Part shown: piece by piece, positions 20,863 to 30,601 of the stretch | Layout: each line of letters starts with the position of its first letter | Position numbering within the stretch: position 1 is the stretch's first letter | Origin: a virus | IMG/VR virus record: IMGVR_UViG_3300032268_000973 | Location: 119,358 to 183,357 of that record | Direction: 5' to 3' (one strand) | DNA: 64,000 bases | The notes under the pieces: model-generated | What the model was told of the DNA's origin: nothing | Database searches by the model: none | Seen by the model: only the letters and a program-made list of their open reading frames with translations | Program-made: the position numbers and the translations under genes

Positions 20863-21363
20863 ATGCAAACATTCCTACCTTACTCAGACATTACTGAATC
20901 AATGAGAGTCCTTGACAACAAGAGACTTGGTAAACAACGAGTTGAAACCTATCAAATTATCAGTGCAATCACTGGCAGATTAAAGTTGGATGGTACCCCC
21001 TACAAAGGGTGGATTAACCATCCATGTTCTGTTATGTGGAGGAACCACGTCCCACTTTTGAAGATGTACTTGAACGCAAGTATTGATGAGTGGGTTAGAC
21101 GTGGGTTTAAGAATACCATGGATAGGGAAGATATTGATGAGTCGGTTACTTACCCTGAGTGGTGGGGGAACAAAAAGTTCCATGACTCACACAAATCGAA
21201 TTTGTTGAAGAAAGATTTTGATTTCTATTCACAGTATAGATGGCAGGTCGATCCAACCAATCCGTATGTTTGGAAGGACAAAGATGGTAAGTGGTACGAG
21301 CAACATTCGGGAGCAAAAGGAAGAGTTTATTTTGAGAGTAATAGAAAATTAGTATCTTTGTAA
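20863..21363 (+). CDS. Pyrimidine-dimer DNA glycosylase / endonuclease V-like (MSMEG_6728 family)
   Basis: MQTFLPY...LDNKRLGKQRVE...HP...MW...SHKSNLLKKD signature. Confidence 0.8.
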   Translation: MQTFLPYSDITESMRVLDNKRLGKQRVETYQIISAITGRLKLDGTPYKGWINHPCSVMWRNHVPLLKMYLNASIDEWVRRGFKNTMDREDIDESVTYPEWWGNKKFHDSHKSNLLKKDFDFYSQYRWQVDPTNPYVWKDKDGKWYEQHSGAKGRVYFESNRKLVSL

Positions 21364-21379
21364 AAATTAAACGTAAAAT

Positions 21380-21952
21380 ATGAAAAACTACTTAGCCACA
21401 GTTATTGGTAATTTCATTACAGACGAAAGTTGTAATGATATGGTAATGTCAGTCGCACCATTGGTGGATTCACGAAACATGAAATATCAATTCGGAGGAG
21501 GAATTATACTGATGCACTTCGCAACAGATGTCCCCAAAGACGAAATCTTTGAATATATTACTGGACTCATCCATGTTGATAGTGAAATATTAATTTTGAC
21601 AGAAGTATCTGACAAGGTGTCAGTTCACGTCCCTTACGAAAAATCTGGTCATTTATTTGATTTAGATAATCCTGGACTAAATAATAACTATTCAATCGAC
21701 ATGAAAGGTGTTATCGAGAATACTGATTTGTATAACGACTTAGATGAGGACGATATCGATATCAGTTTTTCAAACGAAATAAAATTTTCAAAAGATTTTG
21801 AGGCTCAATTTAGGTCAAAGGTTTCACAATGGATGGGCACTTTGCCATCCAAAACAACTTTGGATACTATCCTAGATAAGATTAATGTTTTAGGAATGGA
21901 CTCACTTACCAAACACGAATTAACTCTACTTCAAAACTACGGTAATAACTAA
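21380..21952 (+). CDS. Hypothetical protein
   Basis: 190-aa ORF preceded by TATCTTTG. Confidence 0.6.
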   Translation: MKNYLATVIGNFITDESCNDMVMSVAPLVDSRNMKYQFGGGIILMHFATDVPKDEIFEYITGLIHVDSEILILTEVSDKVSVHVPYEKSGHLFDLDNPGLNNNYSIDMKGVIENTDLYNDLDEDDIDISFSNEIKFSKDFEAQFRSKVSQWMGTLPSKTTLDTILDKINVLGMDSLTKHELTLLQNYGNN

Positions 21953-21953
21953 T

Positions 21954-22751
21954 ATGAAAGAAAAATCAGGAATTCCTATCAATCAAGAAGAAATCAGTCA
22001 TTATCTAAAGGATATTCGTAAACTCAAAGTGATGACTCCCGAAAGGGAAAGGGAACTTGCTGACAGAATGTTATCAGGTTTCATTACTGAGGAGGAGAAA
22101 AAAGAAATTCAAAAGGAGTTGTTGGAGGGAAACCTTCGATTTGTGATTACTGTATCCAAACAATATCAAAATCAAGGATTAGATCTTTGTGATCTAATTG
22201 CTGAGGGTAATTTGGGTCTTATGAAAGCGATTGAAAACTTCGATTGGAGTAAAAGACTAAGATTCATTTCATATGCGGTTTGGTGGGTGAGACAATCTAT
22301 CTTGCAATCCTTGAATGAAAATGCTCGAACCATCCGACTACCAGTTAATGTTGTTCAAGAACTTCAGAGAGCGAAAAAAGAATTGGATAAGGCGGGTATT
22401 GAACTTCCCGAGAAGTTGGTGAATTTGCCTTATACCATCAATTTAGATAATCCTTTGAATGAAGAAGGTGATACCCTACTTGATATTTTGGTAAATCCAA
22501 ACGCTGACGCGGCTGATAAAAATATGTCCACCGAAAATATTTTAAAAGAAAAACTTTTGGGTATGTTGGATGTTTTAGATGAGAGAGAAAAGATCATTAT
22601 CCAAGACTATTTTGGGTTATCTGGTTCAGTTAGGACCCTTGAAGACATTGGAAGTGACTTCGATTTGACCAAAGAAAGGGTTAGACAGATCAAAGAAAAG
22701 GCTCTTAGAAAGTTACGGAACGAGACCAGTATTTTGTTCGATTACTTGTAA
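21954..22751 (+). CDS. Sigma-70 family RNA polymerase sigma factor (Bacteroidota primary-sigma-like, no region 1.1)
   Basis: Region 1.2 YLKDI; region 2 NLRFVITVSKQYQNQGL...EGNLGLMKA...RFISYAVWWVRQSI; region 4 TLEDIG...LTKERVRQIKEKALRKLR. Confidence 0.92.
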   Translation: MKEKSGIPINQEEISHYLKDIRKLKVMTPERERELADRMLSGFITEEEKKEIQKELLEGNLRFVITVSKQYQNQGLDLCDLIAEGNLGLMKAIENFDWSKRLRFISYAVWWVRQSILQSLNENARTIRLPVNVVQELQRAKKELDKAGIELPEKLVNLPYTINLDNPLNEEGDTLLDILVNPNADAADKNMSTENILKEKLLGMLDVLDEREKIIIQDYFGLSGSVRTLEDIGSDFDLTKERVRQIKEKALRKLRNETSILFDYL

Positions 22752-22758
22752 ATCAAAA

Positions 22759-22787
22759 AAAAGGTGTATTTATTTAATACACCTTTT
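22759..22787. terminator. Symmetric hairpin after the sigma gene (possible bidirectional terminator) that contains a TATTTAT motif
   Basis: aaaaggtgtatt-tattt-aatacacctttt, a 12-bp perfect stem. Confidence 0.6.
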
Positions 22788-22819
22788 ATATTTTAAGGAT
22801 AAACGTAAAACATTTTAAA

Positions 22820-23104
22820 ATGAAAAAATTTATTGAAAACAATTTTGTTATCATTGTATTGGTGATCTCTTTATTGGGATTTTTCAAATCATGTGGAGAC
22901 TCAAGAGAACTGACCAAGATGAGACAGGAGATAACTGCAATCAAAGATTCTACATACACAAAACAAGAATTGGAGGTTGAATTAAGAATATCAGGACTTG
23001 AAGCTGAAAAAAGAATGATTCAAGCAACTGATCGAAAACTTTTGGATCTTAGAAGACAAACTGAGATTGAAGATGAAATTAAAAAATTAAGAACACAAAA
23101 ATAA
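22820..23104 (+). CDS. Membrane-anchored/lipoprotein-like coiled-coil protein
   Basis: N-terminal hydrophobic stretch ending FFKSCG; coiled-coil C-terminus. Confidence 0.6.
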   Translation: MKKFIENNFVIIVLVISLLGFFKSCGDSRELTKMRQEITAIKDSTYTKQELEVELRISGLEAEKRMIQATDRKLLDLRRQTEIEDEIKKLRTQK

Positions 23105-23835
23105 TGAATTGGATTCAAAAAAATTTCAGGGCCATAATCTATATTGCATTTTTGGTTCCGATATTAACGGTTGCGTTTGTTTCGATTTCTCACGTGGCAT
23201 CTTGGTATGGGTTATCTAACCCATTTAGTTGGGCTATCTATTTGTCCGTAGGTATTGAAATTGCTGCATTATCGGCTTTGGCTGCAATATCTGCTCAGAT
23301 GGGAGCCAAAGTATATTTTCCCTTTGGAATAGTTACACTTATTCAATTTATTGGGAATATTTTCTTCGCATATCAATACATTGATGTTAACTCAGAATCA
23401 TTCAAAGATTGGGTGGACTTAGTTGATCCGTTTGTAACTTACTTAGGAGTTGAATCAGGTGATCTTGTTGGCCATAAAAGATTCCTTTCGTTATTTGCTG
23501 GTGGAATGCTTCCAATCATTTCCCTTTCATTTTTACACATGTTAGTTAAATTTGAGGAGGAGGATAAGAAAAAAACTCCACAGCAAGTTCTTCCACAAAT
23601 TGATTTGGATGAGTTGAGTAGGGAAGCTGGTAAGATGGAAACAAGTCCTGACAAGGAAAAGTATACTCCAACACCTGAAGAACTATTTAAGTTGGAAGAA
23701 GAATTAAGAAAATTAAACGAGCAGAAGTTTGGATCTTTGGTGACCGAACTTGACGGTAAAACCGACAAGTTGGAAGAAGAATCAAAATCTGATTCTGAAA
23801 TTAAAAGACTTAGTTACATAAGGAGTCATGGTTAA
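23104..23835 (+). CDS. Multi-pass membrane protein (holin candidate)
   Basis: About 4 TM helices followed by a charged tail; overlaps the amidase start. Confidence 0.55.
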   Translation: MNWIQKNFRAIIYIAFLVPILTVAFVSISHVASWYGLSNPFSWAIYLSVGIEIAALSALAAISAQMGAKVYFPFGIVTLIQFIGNIFFAYQYIDVNSESFKDWVDLVDPFVTYLGVESGDLVGHKRFLSLFAGGMLPIISLSFLHMLVKFEEEDKKKTPQQVLPQIDLDELSREAGKMETSPDKEKYTPTPEELFKLEEELRKLNEQKFGSLVTELDGKTDKLEEESKSDSEIKRLSYIRSHG

Positions 23836-24433
23836 CATTGAAGACTACGGAAATTTCAAACCAACAGGAAAACAAAAAAACAAAAAACAAATAATCTTAT
23901 GTCACACTTCGAGGGAGGTTGAGGAATACTTGACCTCCCTTAGTGTTAGATATAATTCGAAATATGATAAAATACCCAATTTTGTTATAAATCGGGATGG
24001 GAAGATACTCAGGTTGTTATCAGAGGATTCCTATTCCAATTTTTTTCATGAGACAGAGGTCAATAAGAGATCAATTTTTATCTGTTTGGAAAATTTGGGA
24101 TGGTTGGAAAAGAAACCACTGACCAATCATTATATTAACTGGAAAGGAAGTATTTATAATCAACAGGTTTACGAGAAGAAGTGGAGAGACTTTTATTTTT
24201 GGCAACCTTATACAGTTTCACAGTTGGAATCAACCGCAGAACTATGTAAGCACTTAACTGAAAGTCTCAAAATTGAAAAAACGTGTGTGGGGCATAACAC
24301 AAAGATAGACGGTATTGAAAGCTTCATAGGAATATCATCGAGAAGTAATTACGACACCTCTTTCACGGATTTGAACCCATCGTTTAACTTCGAAACCTTT
24401 ATTAAATTTTTAGGAAATGAACAATTTGCATAA
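23828..24433 (+). CDS. N-acetylmuramoyl-L-alanine amidase (Amidase_2-like), divergent
   Basis: IILCHTS, NFVINRDGKI, SIFICLEN, VGHN and TDLNP correspond to the Amidase_2 motif order. Confidence 0.65.
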   Translation: MVNIEDYGNFKPTGKQKNKKQIILCHTSREVEEYLTSLSVRYNSKYDKIPNFVINRDGKILRLLSEDSYSNFFHETEVNKRSIFICLENLGWLEKKPLTNHYINWKGSIYNQQVYEKKWRDFYFWQPYTVSQLESTAELCKHLTESLKIEKTCVGHNTKIDGIESFIGISSRSNYDTSFTDLNPSFNFETFIKFLGNEQFA

Positions 24434-24989
24434 CGAAAGATACGACGAGATCAAATCTTTATTAAAGAAATCAAAGTTACTCTTCGAACAAGAGGGACAG
24501 ATAAACGTTGCTAAGGACTTAGAAAGTCGTTTGAAGCAGGACGTTGAGTATGATACCGCCGAAACTGATATTGAAGATGGAGAAACTCCTTCACCTAAGG
24601 ATAAGACACAAAAGTATAGAATATCAGGTGGTATACTAGCCCTTCACGGTAAAGATAGAAGTGAATTAGATATTACAACCGACGAGAAAATTGCATTCCA
24701 AGAAACTATGGATGAGTTCGTTGAGGAGGTTTCTGACTTGGCCGATTTCAATACCCTTAATGTTTATAAAAACAGTGTGGAGTGGTCAGGAAAACTTATT
24801 GACGAAGATTTGGAATTTATTTTCACGATTGGTGAAGAAAGTGGAATCTATATCAATGGACAGATGATCAAGGTCGATGACGAATTTCTAACTATGATCA
24901 ACAAACTTCAACAATATTATCAAAAGTTCAAATCCAAGTGGGGCAAAGTATTGGCAAGTCGAAAGAAGACAAAAGAATCACCAGTTTAA
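24417..24989 (+). CDS. Hypothetical acidic protein
   Basis: 190 aa; LLKKSKLLFEQE leader. Confidence 0.6.
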   Translation: MNNLHNERYDEIKSLLKKSKLLFEQEGQINVAKDLESRLKQDVEYDTAETDIEDGETPSPKDKTQKYRISGGILALHGKDRSELDITTDEKIAFQETMDEFVEEVSDLADFNTLNVYKNSVEWSGKLIDEDLEFIFTIGEESGIYINGQMIKVDDEFLTMINKLQQYYQKFKSKWGKVLASRKKTKESPV

Positions 24990-24990
24990 T

Positions 24991-25341
24991 ATGAAAGAGA
25001 AATTTACACTTAATAAGCAAAACATTCTTTTAGTGATCATCATTATTTTGGTGTTGTGGAATTGGTTTAATACCTCCACAGTCAAAACTGATGTTAAGGC
25101 TTATAAAGAGAAGATTGAAAATATACAAGTGGAAATCGATTCGGCTCAAATAGTAAATAAAGAGATGAGTGAAAAGGTATTGGTTATCAAGGAAAACATA
25201 ACCAACATCACCAACGAGATTCACGAAATTGATAATAACATCGAAACTGTAAAAGAACAAACTGATGAAAAAGTTAATAATGTTGTGTTTATTGGTAATG
25301 TTGAGCTTGAAAGGCTTTTCACAGACCGATATTCAAACTGA
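24991..25341 (+). CDS. N-terminally anchored coiled-coil protein (i-spanin-like)
   Basis: Single N-terminal TM followed by a heptad coiled coil; its 3' end overlaps the next gene by 77 nt. Confidence 0.55.
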   Translation: MKEKFTLNKQNILLVIIIILVLWNWFNTSTVKTDVKAYKEKIENIQVEIDSAQIVNKEMSEKVLVIKENITNITNEIHEIDNNIETVKEQTDEKVNNVVFIGNVELERLFTDRYSN

Positions 25342-25690
25342 TAAAGTCGATACAACCAAAGTAGTTCTAAGTGTCAGAGTAGCAAGACTGGTCTATCAGG
25401 ATTTGCTTAGATATGATGGATTGAAAGAAGAAACAAGTTTGTTGAAATTGAAGTTACAGAAAACTGAAGAAAGAGAGTTTCAGAAAGATAATGTTATCAG
25501 TATTCTAACAACAAAAGATGAAAATAATCAGTTTATCATTTCAAAAAAAGATGAACAAATAAAATTATATCAGGATTTATCTGACAAACTAAACAAAGAG
25601 TTGAAAGCACAACGAACCAAAACTTTCTTATGGAAAGTTGGGACTTTTGTAGGTGGAATTTCAGCTTCATTTTTATTACTTAATAACTAA
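25265..25690 (+). CDS. Secreted coiled-coil protein with signal peptide and C-terminal TM (spanin-partner-like)
   Basis: MKKLIMLCLLVMLSLKGFS/QTD signal with Gln at +1; C-terminal FLWKVGTFVGGISASFLLL. Confidence 0.55.
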   Translation: MKKLIMLCLLVMLSLKGFSQTDIQTDKVDTTKVVLSVRVARLVYQDLLRYDGLKEETSLLKLKLQKTEEREFQKDNVISILTTKDENNQFIISKKDEQIKLYQDLSDKLNKELKAQRTKTFLWKVGTFVGGISASFLLLNN

Positions 25691-25935
25691 TGGCACTTAC
25701 AAGTTCTGAGGTCAAAGAAATTGAAGTTATGATTCGTAAAGAAATAAAATCTTTTATGAACAATAATACTATCAAACAATATGAAGACCAGTTGATGGAT
25801 AAAATTCAAAAAGAAATTCAAAGGGGTAAGTTAGAAGGGGAAGTCAAAGAGATAACCCTAAAAATGTTCCGAGAGTTCTATCAATTTATGTGGGTCAATA
25901 GAAGTTATTGGGAACCAAGACTCAAGAATGCTTAA
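25690..25935 (+). CDS. Hypothetical protein
   Basis: 81-aa ORF translationally coupled to its neighbours. Confidence 0.6.
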   Translation: MALTSSEVKEIEVMIRKEIKSFMNNNTIKQYEDQLMDKIQKEIQRGKLEGEVKEITLKMFREFYQFMWVNRSYWEPRLKNA

Positions 25936-25946
25936 AGTTACGTAAG

Positions 25947-26708
25947 ATGAAAAGTTCAAAAGACTCATTTAAAAATAATTTAGACAAGGCTTTTTCCCAA
26001 ATATCCTTGAATACTTCAACATTAGGAGACCACATGAAATACAAACAAGGATTCAAAGAAGAAAAACTTGAAGATAGTTCCAACCAAAATGATAAAGAAA
26101 TGGTTGATGGTATAATTGAAATTATTAAGCAAATCAAAGATACGTCTAATAGAAAAGAGGTTGCACATAATATGATTAAAAAATTGAAGAGGGAAAAAGT
26201 TGATTTTGACCACGTAGATTTTTTGAAGAAATGTGCTTTCAAACAAATTAAGAAATCAGAACCCAAAGAAGCAACAGGTTCAGGGTCATCAGGATCATAT
26301 GTTGGTCCAGTTTTCGGTGGAGATGATGAATTTTGGGAACGAAGTAGAAGTGAGAACCCTAAATTAGATGAGAGTGAAGTTGAAAAGGTTGAAGCTAAAG
26401 AGGCAACAACTACAGGTTCTTCAGGAGGATATGAAACACCAGCTATGTGGGCAAAATCGACTAAGAAGAAAGATTGGGGACCAAGTAGAAAAACTCAATA
26501 TAAGGGCGGATCATTTGTTAAGATAAAAAAGAAATGCACCACATTCCCATATTGTAATCAGGGGGACATCTCAAATCTGAAACTCAGTAAGAATGAATCT
26601 GTAAGTGATGCAATTGACAACGTATCAAAAAAATACAATATAGATAAATCGGTCATCATAACTATTTTGGAGAGAGAATATAAAAAAAATAGTAAAAGAT
26701 CTAACTAA
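25947..26708 (+). CDS. Hypothetical head-associated protein with duplicated EAT(G/T)xGSSGxY motif
   Basis: KEATGSGSSGSYVGP and KEATTTGSSGGYETP; KKKCTTFPYCNQGD module. ATG at 25947 preferred over the track start at 25908. Confidence 0.6.
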   Translation: MKSSKDSFKNNLDKAFSQISLNTSTLGDHMKYKQGFKEEKLEDSSNQNDKEMVDGIIEIIKQIKDTSNRKEVAHNMIKKLKREKVDFDHVDFLKKCAFKQIKKSEPKEATGSGSSGSYVGPVFGGDDEFWERSRSENPKLDESEVEKVEAKEATTTGSSGGYETPAMWAKSTKKKDWGPSRKTQYKGGSFVKIKKKCTTFPYCNQGDISNLKLSKNESVSDAIDNVSKKYNIDKSVIITILEREYKKNSKRSN

Positions 26709-26733
26709 AGATATTTATAATAAAATCAAAAAA

Positions 26734-28212
26734 ATGAGTAATTTCAAAAACAATATAGACAAACTAGTTTCTCGAATCTTGAACGAGGAAATTGAAAACA
26801 AAGTTAAACAAATTTCCGAAGAAATGCATGAGGGAGATTGGACTGAAATTGAGATGGGTGAAGAGTTACACGGAGGTCAAAAGAAATTGGACGTTGCTAA
26901 GCCAAAAGGTAAAATAACTGCGGCAGATTTCGAAGAACTTAGAAATAAGAAAGAAGTTGATGAGTTTTACTTCGATTCTGAAGAAGATGAAGAAGAAGAT
27001 GATTACTTCGATTTTGATGGGGATGATTCTGAAGATGAAGAAATGGAAATGGGTAGAGATAAATTTCATGTAACTCGTAGACCAAAAATGATGGGTTCAT
27101 TTGATGATGAACACGGATTTTATGACGAAGACGAAAGACAATATACTGGAGATTTTGACTTTGACTTTGATGAAGAAGAGTTTGATGATTTCGATTCGTT
27201 TGATGCAAAGTATGGGGGAAAACAAAGATTATTTGCGCCAGGTGAAGAAGGTAAAAAATTCTTCGACATGTATAAAGAAAAGTTTGGTAAACCATTTAAA
27301 GTTAGAACCCCAAGAGATATGGAAGAGGCTGAAACCGAAGAAGGTAACAAATTCACAAAGGCTTTAGATGACGCAAGAGAGGATGGGGACGATACTTTCG
27401 ATGTTGATGGAAAAACATATAATGTACGGAAAGAAAGTAGAAAGTCATCTTTGAGACTTACTGAGGACGAACTAATTGACATGATCGAAAAGATTGTGTT
27501 GGAACAAAAAGTTAAAGATACTGCAGAAAGTGTTAATATATCTAAAAAAAGTCCCGTGGGTCTAAAGAAGACTGAGGATGTTCTTGGTAAGAATAAGAAA
27601 GAAAATGATGACTATGCTAAAGAAGTTGTTAAGAAAATGAAGGATTACATGAAGGATATGTTCTCAGGTAGTAACGGATATGATGAAAATCCTGATGACT
27701 TTCCTCAAAGCAATTATGATATGGAGAAAGATCATAAAGAGATGAAGTATCATCCATCAGACGCTGTTGAAGAATATATAGACGCATTTGCATATCCTGG
27801 TATGACCAATTTAGTTTATGACGAAATTAAACCTGATGATGATATGATTGCAAATCAAATCAAAGGGGCTTCCAAAAATGGGAATGCGGTTACTGATAAA
27901 GAAGGGAATGCTTTAGGTAATGTATCAAAGAGAAGTGAAAAGGTTGGTGATAGATTCAAAAATAATTTTGATAACAATTTATATGGAGCTGAACAAATGG
28001 AAGTTTCTTATAATAGACAACCTCAACCTGTTGACGTTGCTGGTAGTAAAAAACAAGCTGGTTCATTAAAAAGTATTAGAAGCACTTCAAAAGAGAAAGC
28101 TGGAAAAATCATGAGTCAATTAGAATCAACTGAAGCGAAACAATCAAGAATAATTTCTGAGGAAATGGTAAAGATGAAAAATCTTATCGGATACAACAGA
28201 AAAACTCAATAA
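26734..28212 (+). CDS. Highly acidic putative prohead core/internal head protein
   Basis: Leader LVSRILNEE; D/E-rich tract; internal LRLTEDELIDMIEKIVLEQ; TATTTAT at 26712. Confidence 0.55.
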   Translation: MSNFKNNIDKLVSRILNEEIENKVKQISEEMHEGDWTEIEMGEELHGGQKKLDVAKPKGKITAADFEELRNKKEVDEFYFDSEEDEEEDDYFDFDGDDSEDEEMEMGRDKFHVTRRPKMMGSFDDEHGFYDEDERQYTGDFDFDFDEEEFDDFDSFDAKYGGKQRLFAPGEEGKKFFDMYKEKFGKPFKVRTPRDMEEAETEEGNKFTKALDDAREDGDDTFDVDGKTYNVRKESRKSSLRLTEDELIDMIEKIVLEQKVKDTAESVNISKKSPVGLKKTEDVLGKNKKENDDYAKEVVKKMKDYMKDMFSGSNGYDENPDDFPQSNYDMEKDHKEMKYHPSDAVEEYIDAFAYPGMTNLVYDEIKPDDDMIANQIKGASKNGNAVTDKEGNALGNVSKRSEKVGDRFKNNFDNNLYGAEQMEVSYNRQPQPVDVAGSKKQAGSLKSIRSTSKEKAGKIMSQLESTEAKQSRIISEEMVKMKNLIGYNRKTQ

Positions 28213-28260
28213 AAATTCACATTTATATCACTTTTATTATATTCTCCATAGAAAACCTCT

Positions 28261-28728
28261 ATGGAGAATTTTTTTAATTGGATTGCCAAACCTTTACCCA
28301 ATGATGAAGTGATCATTTGGTTCAATGTTCATAACATGCTATATGAACGCATAGAACTGTATGGGGATATATTCAAAACTTTACATCATATAATAAGAGA
28401 CACTTATATGGGGGATGATTTTGATGCTCCAACTGAAACAAAAATTTCAATCTCCAAAAAAGATCAAGAACTTCACTTCGATTGGTGTTGGAAAAAAATG
28501 ATTTCTGATTTTAAAAAAGAGAATGTGATAATAACTGAGGTAGGAGAACATAAGGATTATCTTGAGTCATTTTATGTTGACACTTTTTACAATCAATCTG
28601 AAGCTCGAGTAAAAAATTCCATACCCAAATTTGTCAACGAAATTTTTGATGTGTTCAAACCATTTAGTAAGTCAGACTTAGATATGATTACTGAGTTATA
28701 TAAATTATTGGAAAAAAACGTCAAGTAA
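28261..28728 (+). CDS. Hypothetical protein
   Basis: 155-aa ORF. Confidence 0.6.
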   Translation: MENFFNWIAKPLPNDEVIIWFNVHNMLYERIELYGDIFKTLHHIIRDTYMGDDFDAPTETKISISKKDQELHFDWCWKKMISDFKKENVIITEVGEHKDYLESFYVDTFYNQSEARVKNSIPKFVNEIFDVFKPFSKSDLDMITELYKLLEKNVK

Positions 28729-28804
28729 TATCGGTCTATCTATTGACACAGGGGATTAAAAAAGTTATTTTAATGTAATAAGATAAACATCAAACAATTT
28801 AGAA

Positions 28805-28987
28805 ATGGAAACATTGGAAAAAATTAAAGAATTGACAGAAGCATTGTCAGTCGATGCTGGAAAATTCTATAAAGGTAATAAAAGTGCTGGAACTAGAGCA
28901 AGAAAATCTGCTCAAGAATTAAAATCATTACTTCAAAAATTTAGAACTGAAGTTTTAGAACACTCTAAAACCGAAAAAAATGCATAG
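28805..28987 (+). CDS. Small histone H1-like (Hc1-type) nucleoid protein
   Basis: GNKSAGTRARKSAQELKSLLQKFR matches the small Bacteroidota 'histone H1' proteins. Confidence 0.75.
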   Translation: METLEKIKELTEALSVDAGKFYKGNKSAGTRARKSAQELKSLLQKFRTEVLEHSKTEKNA

Positions 28988-29168
28988 TATTCAATCAATC
29001 TACCTATTCATATTTATTTTTACTTCATTAGTGGTATTAAGAAATATCGGAAAGGTATTGGTTGCCCTGTTACAAAAAAACCCAAAACCGTTGGTTTATA
29101 GTAACAGGGAGTTAACCTTCTTAGGGTTATCAATAAGTTATATTCTCACCTATTTAGTTTTATTATGA
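28980..29168 (+). CDS. Small two-TM membrane protein
   Basis: Two hydrophobic helices; overlaps its neighbours. Confidence 0.55.
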   Translation: MHSIQSIYLFIFIFTSLVVLRNIGKVLVALLQKNPKPLVYSNRELTFLGLSISYILTYLVLL

Positions 29169-29650
29169 GTTTTTATAAAGAATTACTTCCTTTTGTTGAA
29201 TACATTCAATCAATAAGGAAATTAAAAAATTATTTGAGTTTTGATATGGTATTTCCTAACAAGTGGTCAATTCCAAAATCTATAGTCGATGATGGACAAA
29301 TTGTGGCATTTCAATCGGAAGAATCAAACCTAAAAGGTATTTCATTCGTGTCTGTTATTGCAGAATCAGAAATTTCTAAAACAATGACTCGCATTGCCAA
29401 AATTATTAGACTCAACAAAGAAAAAGAATTGAAAGAACAACTTTTTAAACAAACAATTGAACAATTAAAAACAACTTTTGAAAAAACTGATTTGGATAAA
29501 TTGAAAAATCTTAATTTTTATTTTGAAGAAGATGATAATACACCTGAATTAGATGTTGAATTGAATGATGACGATATAGACGAAAAGGATTATGAGCAAT
29601 ACGAACAAGAAGGAATCGATTCTGAATTGGCTGGAGAGCGAGAAGAATAA
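29165..29650 (+). CDS. Hypothetical protein
   Basis: 161 aa with an acidic tail. Confidence 0.6.
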   Translation: MSFYKELLPFVEYIQSIRKLKNYLSFDMVFPNKWSIPKSIVDDGQIVAFQSEESNLKGISFVSVIAESEISKTMTRIAKIIRLNKEKELKEQLFKQTIEQLKTTFEKTDLDKLKNLNFYFEEDDNTPELDVELNDDDIDEKDYEQYEQEGIDSELAGEREE

Positions 29651-29786
29651 GGACAGAATCGAAATCGAAAGAACAAAAGAAAAATACATCAAAGAATTAA
29701 AAAATTTAACTAAGGAGGATTTGTTTCCACCACAAAAAAAGTTGACATTATGGCAGAAAATAAAAATACTACTCTCGGGGAATTAG
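29592..29786 (+). CDS. Small hypothetical protein
   Basis: 64 aa; overlapping operon arrangement. Confidence 0.5.
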   Translation: MSNTNKKESILNWLESEKNKDRIEIERTKEKYIKELKNLTKEDLFPPQKKLTLWQKIKILLSGN

Positions 29787-29980
29787 AAAAGTTGGCATTG
29801 ATCGCGGAATCTTGTCAAACAATTTTCAGTGGTAAGGCAACAATCGTTTTCGAACTACCAAAAGGGGAATATACTAGTGTTATCAATCACTTCAGAGAAA
29901 TTGATCGACAACACAAACAATTCTCCATCGATATCTCAGGGACTGAGTTTCATTTTATTTTAACTGAGGTTGAGAAGTAA
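29750..29980 (+). CDS. Small hypothetical protein
   Basis: 76 aa. Confidence 0.55.
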   Translation: MAENKNTTLGELEKLALIAESCQTIFSGKATIVFELPKGEYTSVINHFREIDRQHKQFSIDISGTEFHFILTEVEK

Positions 29981-30599
29981 ATTTCCTATACAATATTTTT
30001 TTATCAAATCCAGATTGTTCTAAAAGGTTATATAGATATTTTCGTTGTGGGGTTGATGAATCTTTTACGAAAAGACAATCCGATCTTTTAGTTTTGAAAA
30101 AATATGAAGAAAGTTGATCTATAAATCTTTCCGATTCGGATTCAGACTTTAATGTAAATAAATTTATTTTTTCATTTTCCTGAACAACTATTTTATTATT
30201 CAGGGATGAGATCATTTTCATTCCATCTCCTTTGAGATATTTTTTTATGAATGAATTAACTTTAATTTTTTTGTTATCCTTAATGTCGTATATGAGTTCC
30301 TCTTTTTTGTATGGTTTGATTTGGAATAATGTCATTCCATCTTCGTCTAACTTTACTTTAATATTTCTACCAAATTCATCCGTCATATAAACTGGTATGA
30401 GTTGTTTCGCACTCATTTCAACCAATCCGATTTCAAACTTTGATTCCTTTCCAGACTCAAGTTTAACTTCAAAAATTATTTGATTTGATTGATCTAATAA
30501 TTTTTCATAAAATTCTTTAGCACGTTTGAACGTAATAAACTTCTTTAGTATTTTTTTCTTTTTTTTATTCTTAAATAATACTACAATGTAGTTCTCCAT
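29955..30599 (-). CDS. Hypothetical basic protein
   Basis: Likely start MENYIVV at 30599. The longer track start at 30710 runs antisense into dnaJ. Confidence 0.6.
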   Translation of the reverse strand: MENYIVVLFKNKKKKKILKKFITFKRAKEFYEKLLDQSNQIIFEVKLESGKESKFEIGLVEMSAKQLIPVYMTDEFGRNIKVKLDEDGMTLFQIKPYKKEELIYDIKDNKKIKVNSFIKKYLKGDGMKMISSLNNKIVVQENEKINLFTLKSESESERFIDQLSSYFFKTKRSDCLFVKDSSTPQRKYLYNLLEQSGFDKKILYRKFTSQPQLK

Positions 30600-30601
30600 A
30601 T

